Below are positions 36,600 to 44,628 of a DNA stretch of 64,000 bases, piece by piece. The notes beneath the pieces are model-generated. The model saw only the letters and a list, made by a program, of their open reading frames with translations. It made no database searches and was not told where the DNA came from. Position 1 is the stretch's first letter. Every line of letters begins with the position of its first letter. Origin of the DNA: Actinomycetes bacterium (lineage in GTDB: Bacteria; Actinomycetota; CALGFH01); the NCBI GenBank assembly GCA_035263405.1, contig DATFRI010000074.1:9824-73823 (forward strand), written 5' to 3'. The translations under genes were made by a program, and so were the position numbers.

Positions 36600-38200
36600 G
36601 GGGTGTCGGTGTCCATCGCGTTCTGTCCGCATCTGTCAGTCGGGGAGCACTGCGGCCGGGTGCGCTGTCGGGAGCATCCGCCATGCTCTGGGGATGACCA
36701 TCGCCGCACCCACCGACGTCCCTGCCGCGCCCGCGCGCGAGCCGGCGCCGCTGGGCTGCGTGCAGGCCTACCGGTTCGCGCTGGACCCCACCCCGAGGCA
36801 GCAGCGGGCGCTGGCGTCCTCGGCTGGCGGCGCCAGGTTCTGTTTCAACTGGGGCCTGGAGCACGTCAAGCAGCTGCTGGACCGGCGTGCCGCTGGCGAG
36901 CCGGTCGAGGTCCCCTGGAGCCTGTACGCGCTGCGGCGGGCGTGGAATCAGGCCAAGGACGAGGTCGCGCCGTGGTGGCCGGAGAACAGCAAGGAGGCGT
37001 ACAACAGCGGCTTGGACGGCCTTGCCCGGGCGCTCAAGAACTTCTCCGACGGCCGCTCGGGCAAGCGCAAGGGCCCGCGGGTGGGGTTCCCGCGGTTCCG
37101 CAAGCGGGGCCGCACCAAAGCGGCGGTCCGGTTCACCACCGGGACGATCCGCGTGGAGGCCGACCGCAAGCATGTGACCCTGCCGCGGTTGGGCGCGCTC
37201 AGGACCCACGAGTCCACCCGCAAGCTCGCCCGGCGGCTGGAGGCTGGCAGCGCCCGCATCCTCAGCGCCACGGTCAGCCGCACGGGTGGCCGCTGGTTCG
37301 TCTCCTTCACCTGCCAGGTGACCCGCACGGTGCCCGCCCGGGCGGCACGGCCGCCGCGGGTGGTCGCCGCGGACGCCGGGGTCACGCAGCTGCTGACCCT
37401 GTCCACCGGCGAGCGTATTCCCAACCCCGCCGCGCTCCGCCACGCGCTGGTCAGGCTACGGCGGCTGAACCGGCAGCTCGCCCGGCGCAAGGGCCCACGC
37501 ACCCCTGCGGGCGGCTACCGCGAGCCATCCGCCAACTGGTTGGACGCCAAGGCCGAGCTGGCCCGGGCGCACGCGCGGGTGGCCAACCTGCGCCGTGACG
37601 CGTTGCACCAGGCGACCAGTCGGCTCGCGCGGGAGTATGACCTGGTCGTCGTCGAGGCCTTGCGAGTGGCCAATCTGCTGCGCAGGGCTCGCGGCAAGCG
37701 GGGGCTCAACCGGGCGCTCGCCGACGCGGCGCTGGCGGAGCTGCGCCGGCTGCTTGGCTACAAGTGCCCGTGGGCGGGGTCGGTGCTGCTGGAAGCCGAC
37801 CCGTTCTTTCCCTCCAGCAAGAGCTGCTCTGGTTGCGGGGTGGTCAAAGCCACGCTGCCCTTGACCGAGCGGGTGTTTCGCTGTGATGCGTGCGGTCTGG
37901 TCGTCGACCGGGACGTGAACGCCGCGTTGAACCTCGCCGCCCTCGCGAGCAGCCGCCTCGTCACCGTCATCGGTGACGCGGGGCAGAGGGCCGGCGCCGG
38001 GAGTGGCCCGGGACCGTCAACCGCCCGTGGAGGCCAGGTAAGACCCCGCGTCCGCGCGGGGCACCGGTCGGCGAAGCGGGAAGCCGGCACCGGCCTGAGC
38101 CTTCAGGCTGGGTGAGACCGGCACCGCCGGGTCGCAAGGCCCAGGCTGCCCGGACCGCGACGATCACAGATCGTCGTTGAAGTTCCGAGTAACGGTCGCG
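36600..38200 (+). mobile_element. tnpB-only IS200/IS605-family (IS1341-like) element. Boundaries are approximate. A 7-bp inverted repeat CGACGAT-N5-ATCGTCG sits at about 38155-38180 in the presumptive right end / omegaRNA region.
   Basis: TnpB gene is flanked by short non-coding stretches and inserted between convergent host genes (holin-like gene and S8 peptidase gene). I did not see terminal inverted repeats of the DDE type, which is consistent with IS605-family elements. Confidence 0.6.
36694..38115 (+). CDS. tnpB: IS200/IS605-family TnpB (OrfB_IS605 RuvC-like nuclease with C-terminal Zn-ribbon)
   Basis: 473 aa with an N-terminal HTH/OrfB region, RuvC-like motifs and the Zn-ribbon CSGCG...CDACG. 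No tnpA is adjacent. Confidence 0.9.
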   Translation: MTIAAPTDVPAAPAREPAPLGCVQAYRFALDPTPRQQRALASSAGGARFCFNWGLEHVKQLLDRRAAGEPVEVPWSLYALRRAWNQAKDEVAPWWPENSKEAYNSGLDGLARALKNFSDGRSGKRKGPRVGFPRFRKRGRTKAAVRFTTGTIRVEADRKHVTLPRLGALRTHESTRKLARRLEAGSARILSATVSRTGGRWFVSFTCQVTRTVPARAARPPRVVAADAGVTQLLTLSTGERIPNPAALRHALVRLRRLNRQLARRKGPRTPAGGYREPSANWLDAKAELARAHARVANLRRDALHQATSRLAREYDLVVVEALRVANLLRRARGKRGLNRALADAALAELRRLLGYKCPWAGSVLLEADPFFPSSKSCSGCGVVKATLPLTERVFRCDACGLVVDRDVNAALNLAALASSRLVTVIGDAGQRAGAGSGPGPSTARGGQVRPRVRAGHRSAKREAGTGLSLQAG

Positions 38201-38202
38201 GG

Positions 38203-39465
38203 TCAGCCGTACGACGCGGGGTTGACCACCGCACCCAGGCCGCAGCCGCGCTCCTGCAGGCGCGGCGCGGCGGGCGCGCCGACCAGGCGGAAGGCGGCCT
38301 CGGGCGCGTCCATGCCCGTGCCGGCCAGGGCCGCGATCGCCCCGGCCACCCGTGGCGCCGCGAACGACGTGCCGCTCCAGGAGGCCCACAGCCGGAACTG
38401 CTGGGTCCCGGACGCGGGCTGCCCCAGGCAGTGCGGGCCCGGTCCCGGCTCGGGGTCGAAGTCGGCGTCGAAGAACGTGCTGTGCACGTCCACGCCCGGC
38501 GCCCAGGCGTCCACCCAGGTCCCGAAGTTGCTGAAGCACGCGCGCCGGCCGTCCGGGCCGAGCGCCCCCACGCCGAGCACGCGCTTGAACGCCGCCGGGT
38601 AGGTGCGCCGGTCCAGGCCGTCGTTGCCGGCCGCGGCGACCACGACCAGGTGGGGGTTGCGCCGGAAGCACTCGGTGAGCGCGGCGGCGGTCAGCGGCGG
38701 CTCCTGGTCCCCGTGGGTGTAGGCGCCGAGCGACAGGTTGGCGACCTGGACCTCGGGCGGCAGCTCGGCGAGCGCGCCGGCCAGCGCGGCGTCGTCGCAC
38801 ACGCCGTCGCCGCCGAACACCTTGCGGGCGACCACCTCGGCCCCGGGCGCGTGCTGGAGGATCACGCCGGCGACGAAGGTGCCGTGGCCGGCGTAGTGGG
38901 CCAGCTGGTTGTTGGCGCGCAGGACCGGCGCCTCGGTGTCGGCCTGGGGGTTGGGGCGCAGCGTCCGGGCGCGGGGGCCGAGCCAGGGATGGCCCTCCAT
39001 GAGGCCGCTGTCGAACACCGCCACCCGCACGCCGGCGCCGGGCTGCTCGCTCATCTGGCTGGACAGCGCCCCGAGCGGGCCGGCGCCACGGGGGGACGTG
39101 GCCGGGAACGGCAGGGGGTGGGTGCCGCCGAACAGCACGTGGTTGGGGTGGACGCCGACCGGCCGCTCGCCGAGCTCCAGGTCGAACTCGCGCCCGCGGA
39201 TGAGCTGCACGATCTCGGGCACGGTCGGCTCCTCGGCGTCCAGCAGCAGCCGCACGAAGCCGCCGGCCTCGAGCCGCTCCTCGGCCCACTGCGCCAGGCC
39301 GAGGCGGCGCAGCTCGCCGCGCACGCGCTCCAGGTCGCGCGGGCCGGTGAGGAGCTGGCGCGGCCGGTACAGGTAGCCGCCGCCGAGGTGGTGCGGCGCC
39401 TGCTCGACGTCGGCCGGCAACGACACCTCGTGCGGCTCGCCGTGGCCCTGCGGCTCGTTCTCCAT
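38203..39465 (-). CDS. S8-family subtilisin-like serine peptidase with no signal peptide
   Basis: Catalytic triad contexts VAVFDSG (Asp), HGTFVAG (His) and GTSFAAP (Ser). SD GAGGAGG before the ATG at 39465. The N-terminal 140 aa are hydrophilic and lack a secretion signal. Confidence 0.85.
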   Translation of the reverse strand: MENEPQGHGEPHEVSLPADVEQAPHHLGGGYLYRPRQLLTGPRDLERVRGELRRLGLAQWAEERLEAGGFVRLLLDAEEPTVPEIVQLIRGREFDLELGERPVGVHPNHVLFGGTHPLPFPATSPRGAGPLGALSSQMSEQPGAGVRVAVFDSGLMEGHPWLGPRARTLRPNPQADTEAPVLRANNQLAHYAGHGTFVAGVILQHAPGAEVVARKVFGGDGVCDDAALAGALAELPPEVQVANLSLGAYTHGDQEPPLTAAALTECFRRNPHLVVVAAAGNDGLDRRTYPAAFKRVLGVGALGPDGRRACFSNFGTWVDAWAPGVDVHSTFFDADFDPEPGPGPHCLGQPASGTQQFRLWASWSGTSFAAPRVAGAIAALAGTGMDAPEAAFRLVGAPAAPRLQERGCGLGAVVNPASYG

Positions 39466-39628
39466 CCCGGCCTCCTCGCTTTCACGGTGGGCTGCGCCCG
39501 AATTTGTCTCCTTCGTACAATCTCGGACCCGAGCAGTCCAGATCGCGTCGTCCGGGTGGGATGATCTCCTGAGCCGCGCCGAGCCGTCCCGACGCCTGCC
39601 AGCTCCCGTTCCCGTGGGGAGGACCGCC
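39466..39628. promoter_or_regulatory. Divergent promoter region between the S8 peptidase and CHAT genes. It contains an unusually AT-rich segment (CCCGAATTTGTCTCCTTCGTACAATCTCGG).
   Basis: Local GC drop in otherwise >70% GC DNA, at the position expected for shared divergent promoters. Confidence 0.3.
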
Positions 39629-42307
39629 GTGCCCGGATCCGCCGCCAGCATCGCCGCGCGGGCGATGGAGCTGTCCGGGGTCGACCCGGGACGGGCGCGC
39701 GTGACCGCCGCGGAGGCGCTGCGCGAGGCGCGGGCCGAGCACGACGCCGCCGCCGCCTGCATGGCCGAGCGGGCGTTGGGGCTGGCGGCCAGGCAGGCCT
39801 TCGAGATCGACAGCGCGCTCGGGCACCTGCGCCGCGCGGTCAGGATCGCCGAGCGCGGCGGCCTCGTCCTGCAGGCGGCGCAGGCCAGGGTGCAGCTGTC
39901 GGGCATCCTCGCCGTCCGGGGCGAGTTCCCCGCCGCCCTGCGGGAGGCCGACCGGGCCAGCCCCACCCTGCGCGGCGGCGACCTGGCCCTGCTCCAGGCG
40001 CAGCGCGCGTTCATCCTGCAGATGCAGGGCCGCCTGGCCGACGCGCTCGAGGGCTACCGGCTCGTCCTGCCCGCCTTCCGCCGCTCGGGGGACACGTTCC
40101 ACGAGGCCAAGGCGCTGCACAACCGGGGGCTGCTGCACTACCACCTCGGCGCCCTCGGGGCCGCCGAGGTGGACCTGGCCCGCGCCGCGGAGCTGTGGAC
40201 CGGCCTCGGCAACCAGCGGGAGACCGCCGACGCGGACCAGAACCTCGGCTGCGTCCTGGTCCGCCAGGGCCGGCTGCCCGACGCCCTGGCCCGGTTCGAC
40301 CGCGCCGACGCGTACTTCGCCGCCAAGGGCATCCTCGACCCCGTGGGCCTGCGCGACCGCTGCGAGGCGCTGCTCGCCGCGCGCCTGGTCGCCGAGGCCC
40401 GCCGGACCGCCGAGCAGGCCGTCGCCGGGCTGGCCGCGCGGGGGCTGGCGCCGTTCCTCGCCGAGGCGCAGCTGCTGCTGTCGGAGGCGGCGCTGCTGGA
40501 CGGCGACGTGGCCGCCGCACGCGACGCGGCCACGGCCGCCCGCAAGGGGTTCGCCGGCCAGCGCCGGGCGCGCTTCCTCGCGCTGGCCCGCTCAGCCCTG
40601 CTGCGGGTGGCCTGGGCGAGCGGGGAGCGCTCGCCGCGGCTGCTCGCCGACGCCCGCCGGACCGCGCGGGCGCTGGCCGTGGCGGGCTGGACGGTGCCCG
40701 CGCTGGACGCGCGGCTGGTCGCCGCCCAGCTCGCGCTGGACCTGGGGCGCGTCAGGACCGCCCGCGCCGAGCTGGCCCAGGCGACCGCGGCGCGCCAGCG
40801 CGGCCCGGTGGAGCTGCGCTCCCGCGCGTGGCACGCGGAGGCGCTGCTGCGGCTGGCGGGCGGCAACCGCGCCGGCGCCGAGTCGGCCCTGCGCGCCGGT
40901 GTCCGCATGCTCGGCCGCTACCGCGCCGCCCTGGGCGCCACCGAGCTGCGCGCCAGCTCCTCGATGCACGCGGCCGGCCTGGCGCGCCTGGGGCTGCGGC
41001 TGGCGCTCGCCGACGGCGACGCGCGCCGGGTGCTGCGCTGGGCGGAGCGCTGGCGCGCCAGCAGCCTGCAGCCGCACCCGGTGCGCCCGCCCGGGGACCG
41101 GGAGCTGGCCGGCGACCTGGCGCAGCTGCGCCGGGTCGCCGGCGAGCTGGGCGAGGCGGTCCAGGCCGGCCGCGACACCGCGCGGCTGCGCGCCCGGCAG
41201 GCGGCGTTGGAGGAGGCCGTGCGCCGCCGCGCGCGCCAGGCACCCGCCGCCGGCCTCTACCAGCCCGGCGTCGAGCCCGCCCTCGGGTCCCTGCGGGCGG
41301 CGCTCGGCGAGCGCGCGCTGGTGGAGCTGGTCGAGCTGGACGGCCAGCTCCACGCCGTGGTCGTCACGGCCGGGCGCACCCGGCTGCGCCCCCTCGGCCC
41401 CGTCGGCCAGGTCGCCGGCGAGCTGGACGGGCTGCGCTTCGCGCTGCGGCGCATCGCGCACGGCCACGGCGGCCCGTCCTCGCTCGACGCCGCGGCGCAG
41501 GCGCTCGCGGCCGCCGCCCGCGGCCTGGACGACCTGCTGCTCGACCCGCTTCGGCCGGACCTCGGCGACCGGCCGCTGGTGGTGGTCCCCACCGGCGCGC
41601 TGCACGCGCTCCCCTGGCCCGCGCTGCCGAGCTGCGCCGGCCGCCCGGTCGCCGTGGCGCCCTCCGCCGCGCTGTGGTGCGCGGCGACCTCCCGCCCCCA
41701 CCCGCCCGAGCCCGTTCCCGGGGCCCCCGCCGGGACGCGGCCCGCGGCCGCGCCGGACCGCACCGTCCTGGTCGCCGGGCCGGGCCTGCCCGAGGCCGCC
41801 GCCGAGGTCGCCGACCTGCACGACCGCTACCCCGGCGCCCGCCGCCTGACCGGCGAGGCCGCCACCGTCCACGCGGTCGCCGGCGCGCTCGACGGCGTCG
41901 CCCTCGCCCACGTCGCCGCGCACGGCCGCTTCCGCACCGACAACCCGCTGTTCTCGGCGCTGGAGCTGGCGGACGGGCCGCTCACCGTGTACGACCTGGA
42001 GGCCCTGCGCGCGGCGCCGCTGCGGCTGGTCCTGGCCGCCTGCGACGCGGGGCTGTCGGAGGTCCGCCCGGGCGACGAGCTGATGGGGCTGGCCGCCGCC
42101 CTGTTCACGCTGGGCATGCGCACGATGATCGCCTCGGTCCTGCCGGTCCCGGACACCGCCACCCGTCCGCTGATGCTCGCGCTGCACGACCGGCTGCGCG
42201 CCGGGCTGGAGCCCGCCGACGCGCTCGCGGGCGTCCAGGCCGGCGCGGCGGCCAGCGCCAGCTCGTGGGCCGCGTCGGTGAGCTTCGTCTGCTTCGGAGC
42301 CGGCTGA
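39629..42307 (+). CDS. TPR-like repeat / CHAT (caspase-like) domain protein
   Basis: The N-terminal ~550 aa are Ala/Leu/Arg-rich helical repeats. The C-terminal CHAT domain carries the His-Cys dyad contexts HVAAHGRF and LVLAACDAG. SD GGGGAGGA before the GTG at 39629 (ORF track start 39614). Confidence 0.8.
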   Translation: MPGSAASIAARAMELSGVDPGRARVTAAEALREARAEHDAAAACMAERALGLAARQAFEIDSALGHLRRAVRIAERGGLVLQAAQARVQLSGILAVRGEFPAALREADRASPTLRGGDLALLQAQRAFILQMQGRLADALEGYRLVLPAFRRSGDTFHEAKALHNRGLLHYHLGALGAAEVDLARAAELWTGLGNQRETADADQNLGCVLVRQGRLPDALARFDRADAYFAAKGILDPVGLRDRCEALLAARLVAEARRTAEQAVAGLAARGLAPFLAEAQLLLSEAALLDGDVAAARDAATAARKGFAGQRRARFLALARSALLRVAWASGERSPRLLADARRTARALAVAGWTVPALDARLVAAQLALDLGRVRTARAELAQATAARQRGPVELRSRAWHAEALLRLAGGNRAGAESALRAGVRMLGRYRAALGATELRASSSMHAAGLARLGLRLALADGDARRVLRWAERWRASSLQPHPVRPPGDRELAGDLAQLRRVAGELGEAVQAGRDTARLRARQAALEEAVRRRARQAPAAGLYQPGVEPALGSLRAALGERALVELVELDGQLHAVVVTAGRTRLRPLGPVGQVAGELDGLRFALRRIAHGHGGPSSLDAAAQALAAAARGLDDLLLDPLRPDLGDRPLVVVPTGALHALPWPALPSCAGRPVAVAPSAALWCAATSRPHPPEPVPGAPAGTRPAAAPDRTVLVAGPGLPEAAAEVADLHDRYPGARRLTGEAATVHAVAGALDGVALAHVAAHGRFRTDNPLFSALELADGPLTVYDLEALRAAPLRLVLAACDAGLSEVRPGDELMGLAAALFTLGMRTMIASVLPVPDTATRPLMLALHDRLRAGLEPADALAGVQAGAAASASSWAASVSFVCFGAG

Positions 42308-42541
42308 CGCGCGCGGCCGGGCGTCCGCAGGCCGCGGTATCAGCGGGGGCCCGCGCCTGCTCCCGCAGACGAGGTCGAGCGGCGGCGGAGGGCATCGATG
42401 CGGACGGGAGCGTGCGCGCCGGCGTGGCGGAGGCCACGCCCGCCGGCCCCGGCCACGCCTCGCATGGGGGGTGCCATCGCGCCGGGCCGCTGTGCTACGT
42501 TCTCGCAGTTCGAGCGTACTGGCACGACCGAGAGGAACCGG

Positions 42542-43108
42542 TTGGTGGATCGGGACGTCGCCGTCCTGCTCGGCGACGCCGCCAACGGCGACCACCGCGC
42601 CTGGGAGTCGCTGGTGGACCGCCTCAGTCCCCTGCTCTGGTCCGTCGCGCGGGGCTACCGGCTCAGCCAGCCCGACGCCGAGGACGTCATCCACACCGCC
42701 TGGATGCGCCTGCTGGAGCGGCTCGACCGGATCGAGGACCCCGCCCGCGTGGGCTCCTGGCTGGCGACCACCGTCCGCCACGAGTGCCTGCGCCTCCTGC
42801 GGCGGCAGGGGCGGATCGTGCTGACCGGCGAGGCGGAGCTGGACAGCGGCGCCAGCGACCAGCCGACCCCCGAGGCCGCGCTGCTGCGGGCCGAGCGCAG
42901 CACCCTGCTCGCGCACGCGTTCGCCCAGCTCCCGCAACGCTGCCAGCAGCTGCTGCGCATGCTGGCCGTGCGCGCGTCCTACGAGGAGGTCGCGGGCGCC
43001 CTCGACATGCCGGTCGGCGCGATCGGCCCGACCAGGGGCCGCTGCCTGCAGCGGCTCCGCCAGCGGCTGGCGGCCGGCGGGATCAGCGTCAGCAGGCTGG
43101 CCGACTGA
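42542..43108 (+). CDS. ECF (sigma-70 family) RNA polymerase sigma factor
   Basis: Sigma-70 region 2 (LWSVARGYRLSQPDAEDVIHTAWMRL) and region 4 (ASYEEVAGALDMPVGAIGPTRGRCLQRLR). The start is a TTG/GTG at 42542/42545 after GAGAGGAA. The upstream part of the ORF track entry is unlikely to be coding. Confidence 0.85.
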   Translation: MVDRDVAVLLGDAANGDHRAWESLVDRLSPLLWSVARGYRLSQPDAEDVIHTAWMRLLERLDRIEDPARVGSWLATTVRHECLRLLRRQGRIVLTGEAELDSGASDQPTPEAALLRAERSTLLAHAFAQLPQRCQQLLRMLAVRASYEEVAGALDMPVGAIGPTRGRCLQRLRQRLAAGGISVSRLAD

Positions 43109-43135
43109 GGCCGCCCGGGCAGGGAAGGAGGCAGG

Positions 43136-43597
43136 ATGCGCGACTCACCCGAGGACGAGCGGCTCCTCGACGAGCTGCGCCGGGTGCTCGACCGCACCGA
43201 CCCGATGCCCGAGCAGGTCACCCGCGCCGCCAGGGAGAGCTACACCTGGCGCACGGTCGACGCCGAGCTGGCCGCGCTGGCCTGGGACTCCGACGCCGAC
43301 CGGCCGCTGGCGTCGGTGCGCGGCACCGGGGACGCGCGGCTGCTCACCTTCGACGCCGAGGGCCTGCGGTTCGACCTGGAGATCAGCGGCAGCGGCCGCG
43401 ACCGGCGCCTGGTCGGCCAGCTCGTCCCGGCGCAGCCCGGCGAGGTGGAGCTGCGGCAGCGGTCGGGCCTGGCGCGCACGGTCCAGGCCGACGACGCCGG
43501 CCGGTTCGCCATCGCCGACCTCGAGCCCGGCCCGCTCAGCCTGTGCTGCCGGCGTCCCGGGGCGGCGGTGGTCGCCACGGAGTGGTTCCTGCCCTGA
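43136..43597 (+). CDS. Hypothetical 153-aa protein in the ECF sigma operon. A possible soluble anti-sigma or regulatory partner.
   Basis: The SD GGAAGGAGG precedes the ATG. It begins 27 nt after the sigma-factor stop. The C-terminal half is beta-rich. There is no TM segment and no zinc-finger anti-sigma motif. Confidence 0.55.
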   Translation: MRDSPEDERLLDELRRVLDRTDPMPEQVTRAARESYTWRTVDAELAALAWDSDADRPLASVRGTGDARLLTFDAEGLRFDLEISGSGRDRRLVGQLVPAQPGEVELRQRSGLARTVQADDAGRFAIADLEPGPLSLCCRRPGAAVVATEWFLP

Positions 43598-43611
43598 CCG
43601 AGGAGGCGGGT

Positions 43612-44286
43612 ATGCCCAGGACAGGCTTCACCCCGCAGCAGCACGGCTTCCACTTCGACAACGACTTCGTCAACAAGGTGGCCACGCTGCCGGGCTTCGG
43701 CCAGATCGAGACCCGCGGCCGCTGCGGCGGGATGGCCTACGCCGCGCTCGACTTCTACCACGCGGGCGTCCCGGTCCCCGCGGACACCACCCTGCCGCCC
43801 GACGGCAGCCCGCTCTCCGACTTCATCTCCCGGCGGCTGCTGGACAGCTTCCTGGTGCCGAGCGCCATCCAGTTCGTCTCCTGGACGCTCCACTCCGACC
43901 ACAGCACCTGGTTCTTCAAGGGCGTCACCCGCTGGACCCGGGAGGACCAGCTCCCCCGCCTGCGTGGCTTCCTCGACCGCGGCCAGCCGGTCCCGCTCGG
44001 CCTCGTCGGCGCCCGCGACCTGCGCGACGTCGGCGACGGCAACCACCAGGTCGTCGCCTACGGCTACGACCTGGACCAGGGCACCCGGACCACCCGCGTC
44101 CAGATCTACGACAACAACACCCACGACCAGGAGGTCGTGCTCACCGCCGACCCGTCCAGCCCCCACATCCACGCGTCCAACCGGCGCACGCCCTGGCGCG
44201 GGCTGTTCGTCCAGAGCTACACCCGGGTCGCCCCGCCGCCCGCGCTGCTCGGCGCCGGCGCGCCCGCGCGACCGCCCGACCGGTGA
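43612..44286 (+). CDS. Papain-like cysteine peptidase-fold protein (C39-like / Peptidase_C39_2-like Cys...His arrangement)
   Basis: SD GAGGAGG before the ATG, 14 nt after the previous stop. Candidate catalytic Cys in GRCGGMAYAALDFYHAG and His in GNHQVVAYGYD...VQIYDNN, which resembles the C39 'CG..a..m' and 'HfvVl.gyd...v.i.DP' blocks. Confidence 0.5.
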   Translation: MPRTGFTPQQHGFHFDNDFVNKVATLPGFGQIETRGRCGGMAYAALDFYHAGVPVPADTTLPPDGSPLSDFISRRLLDSFLVPSAIQFVSWTLHSDHSTWFFKGVTRWTREDQLPRLRGFLDRGQPVPLGLVGARDLRDVGDGNHQVVAYGYDLDQGTRTTRVQIYDNNTHDQEVVLTADPSSPHIHASNRRTPWRGLFVQSYTRVAPPPALLGAGAPARPPDR

Positions 44287-44313
44287 CGACGGCCGCGGGA
44301 CGGGCGGCCCCGG

Positions 44314-44508
44314 TCAGGAGGAGCCGAGCGAGCGCGGCGGGTAGAGGGACCTCGCCCAGCCGCGGATCGCGTCGGCCGGCGAGCCGAGGCTGAACAGCGC
44401 GGTCAGGGCGAGGAAGCAGCCCAGCAGCAGCATCCCCATCCTCGCGCCGGCCAGGCCCCAGGCGAACGCCACGAGCCCGCCGTACACCGTCACCGCGACC
44501 AGTCGCAT
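44314..44508 (-). CDS. Small hypothetical membrane protein (64 aa, 2 TM)
   Basis: ATG ORF with two hydrophobic segments. No homology recognised. Confidence 0.3.
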   Translation of the reverse strand: MRLVAVTVYGGLVAFAWGLAGARMGMLLLGCFLALTALFSLGSPADAIRGWARSLYPPRSLGSS

Positions 44509-44628
44509 CGCGCCACCTCCTGCCAGGGCCGGGGACCAGCCCCAGCGTAGCGCCGCGCCCGGCCGGGCTCCACGGTCGCCGGTGCGCCGGTCAGGCGTGC
44601 CGCCGCGTGGGCGCTTCCCTCGGGCGTC

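Noticed and set aside
42440-42541. Possible ECF-type autoregulatory promoter upstream of the sigma factor gene (CGTT at about 42497)
   Set aside because: No convincing GGAAC-like -35 element at the right spacing. I cannot support a promoter call from sequence alone.
40592-42937. 781-aa minus-strand ORF antisense to the CHAT protein
   Set aside because: Shadow ORF. The CHAT / TPR reading on the plus strand has a coherent domain structure.
40195-44286. 1363-aa plus-strand ORF
   Set aside because: Only its C-terminal 225 aa (the papain-like peptidase, 43612..44286) look like a real protein and are preceded by an SD. The upstream 1100 aa are Arg/Pro/Gly-rich and lie out of frame over CHAT, the ECF sigma gene and the 153-aa gene.
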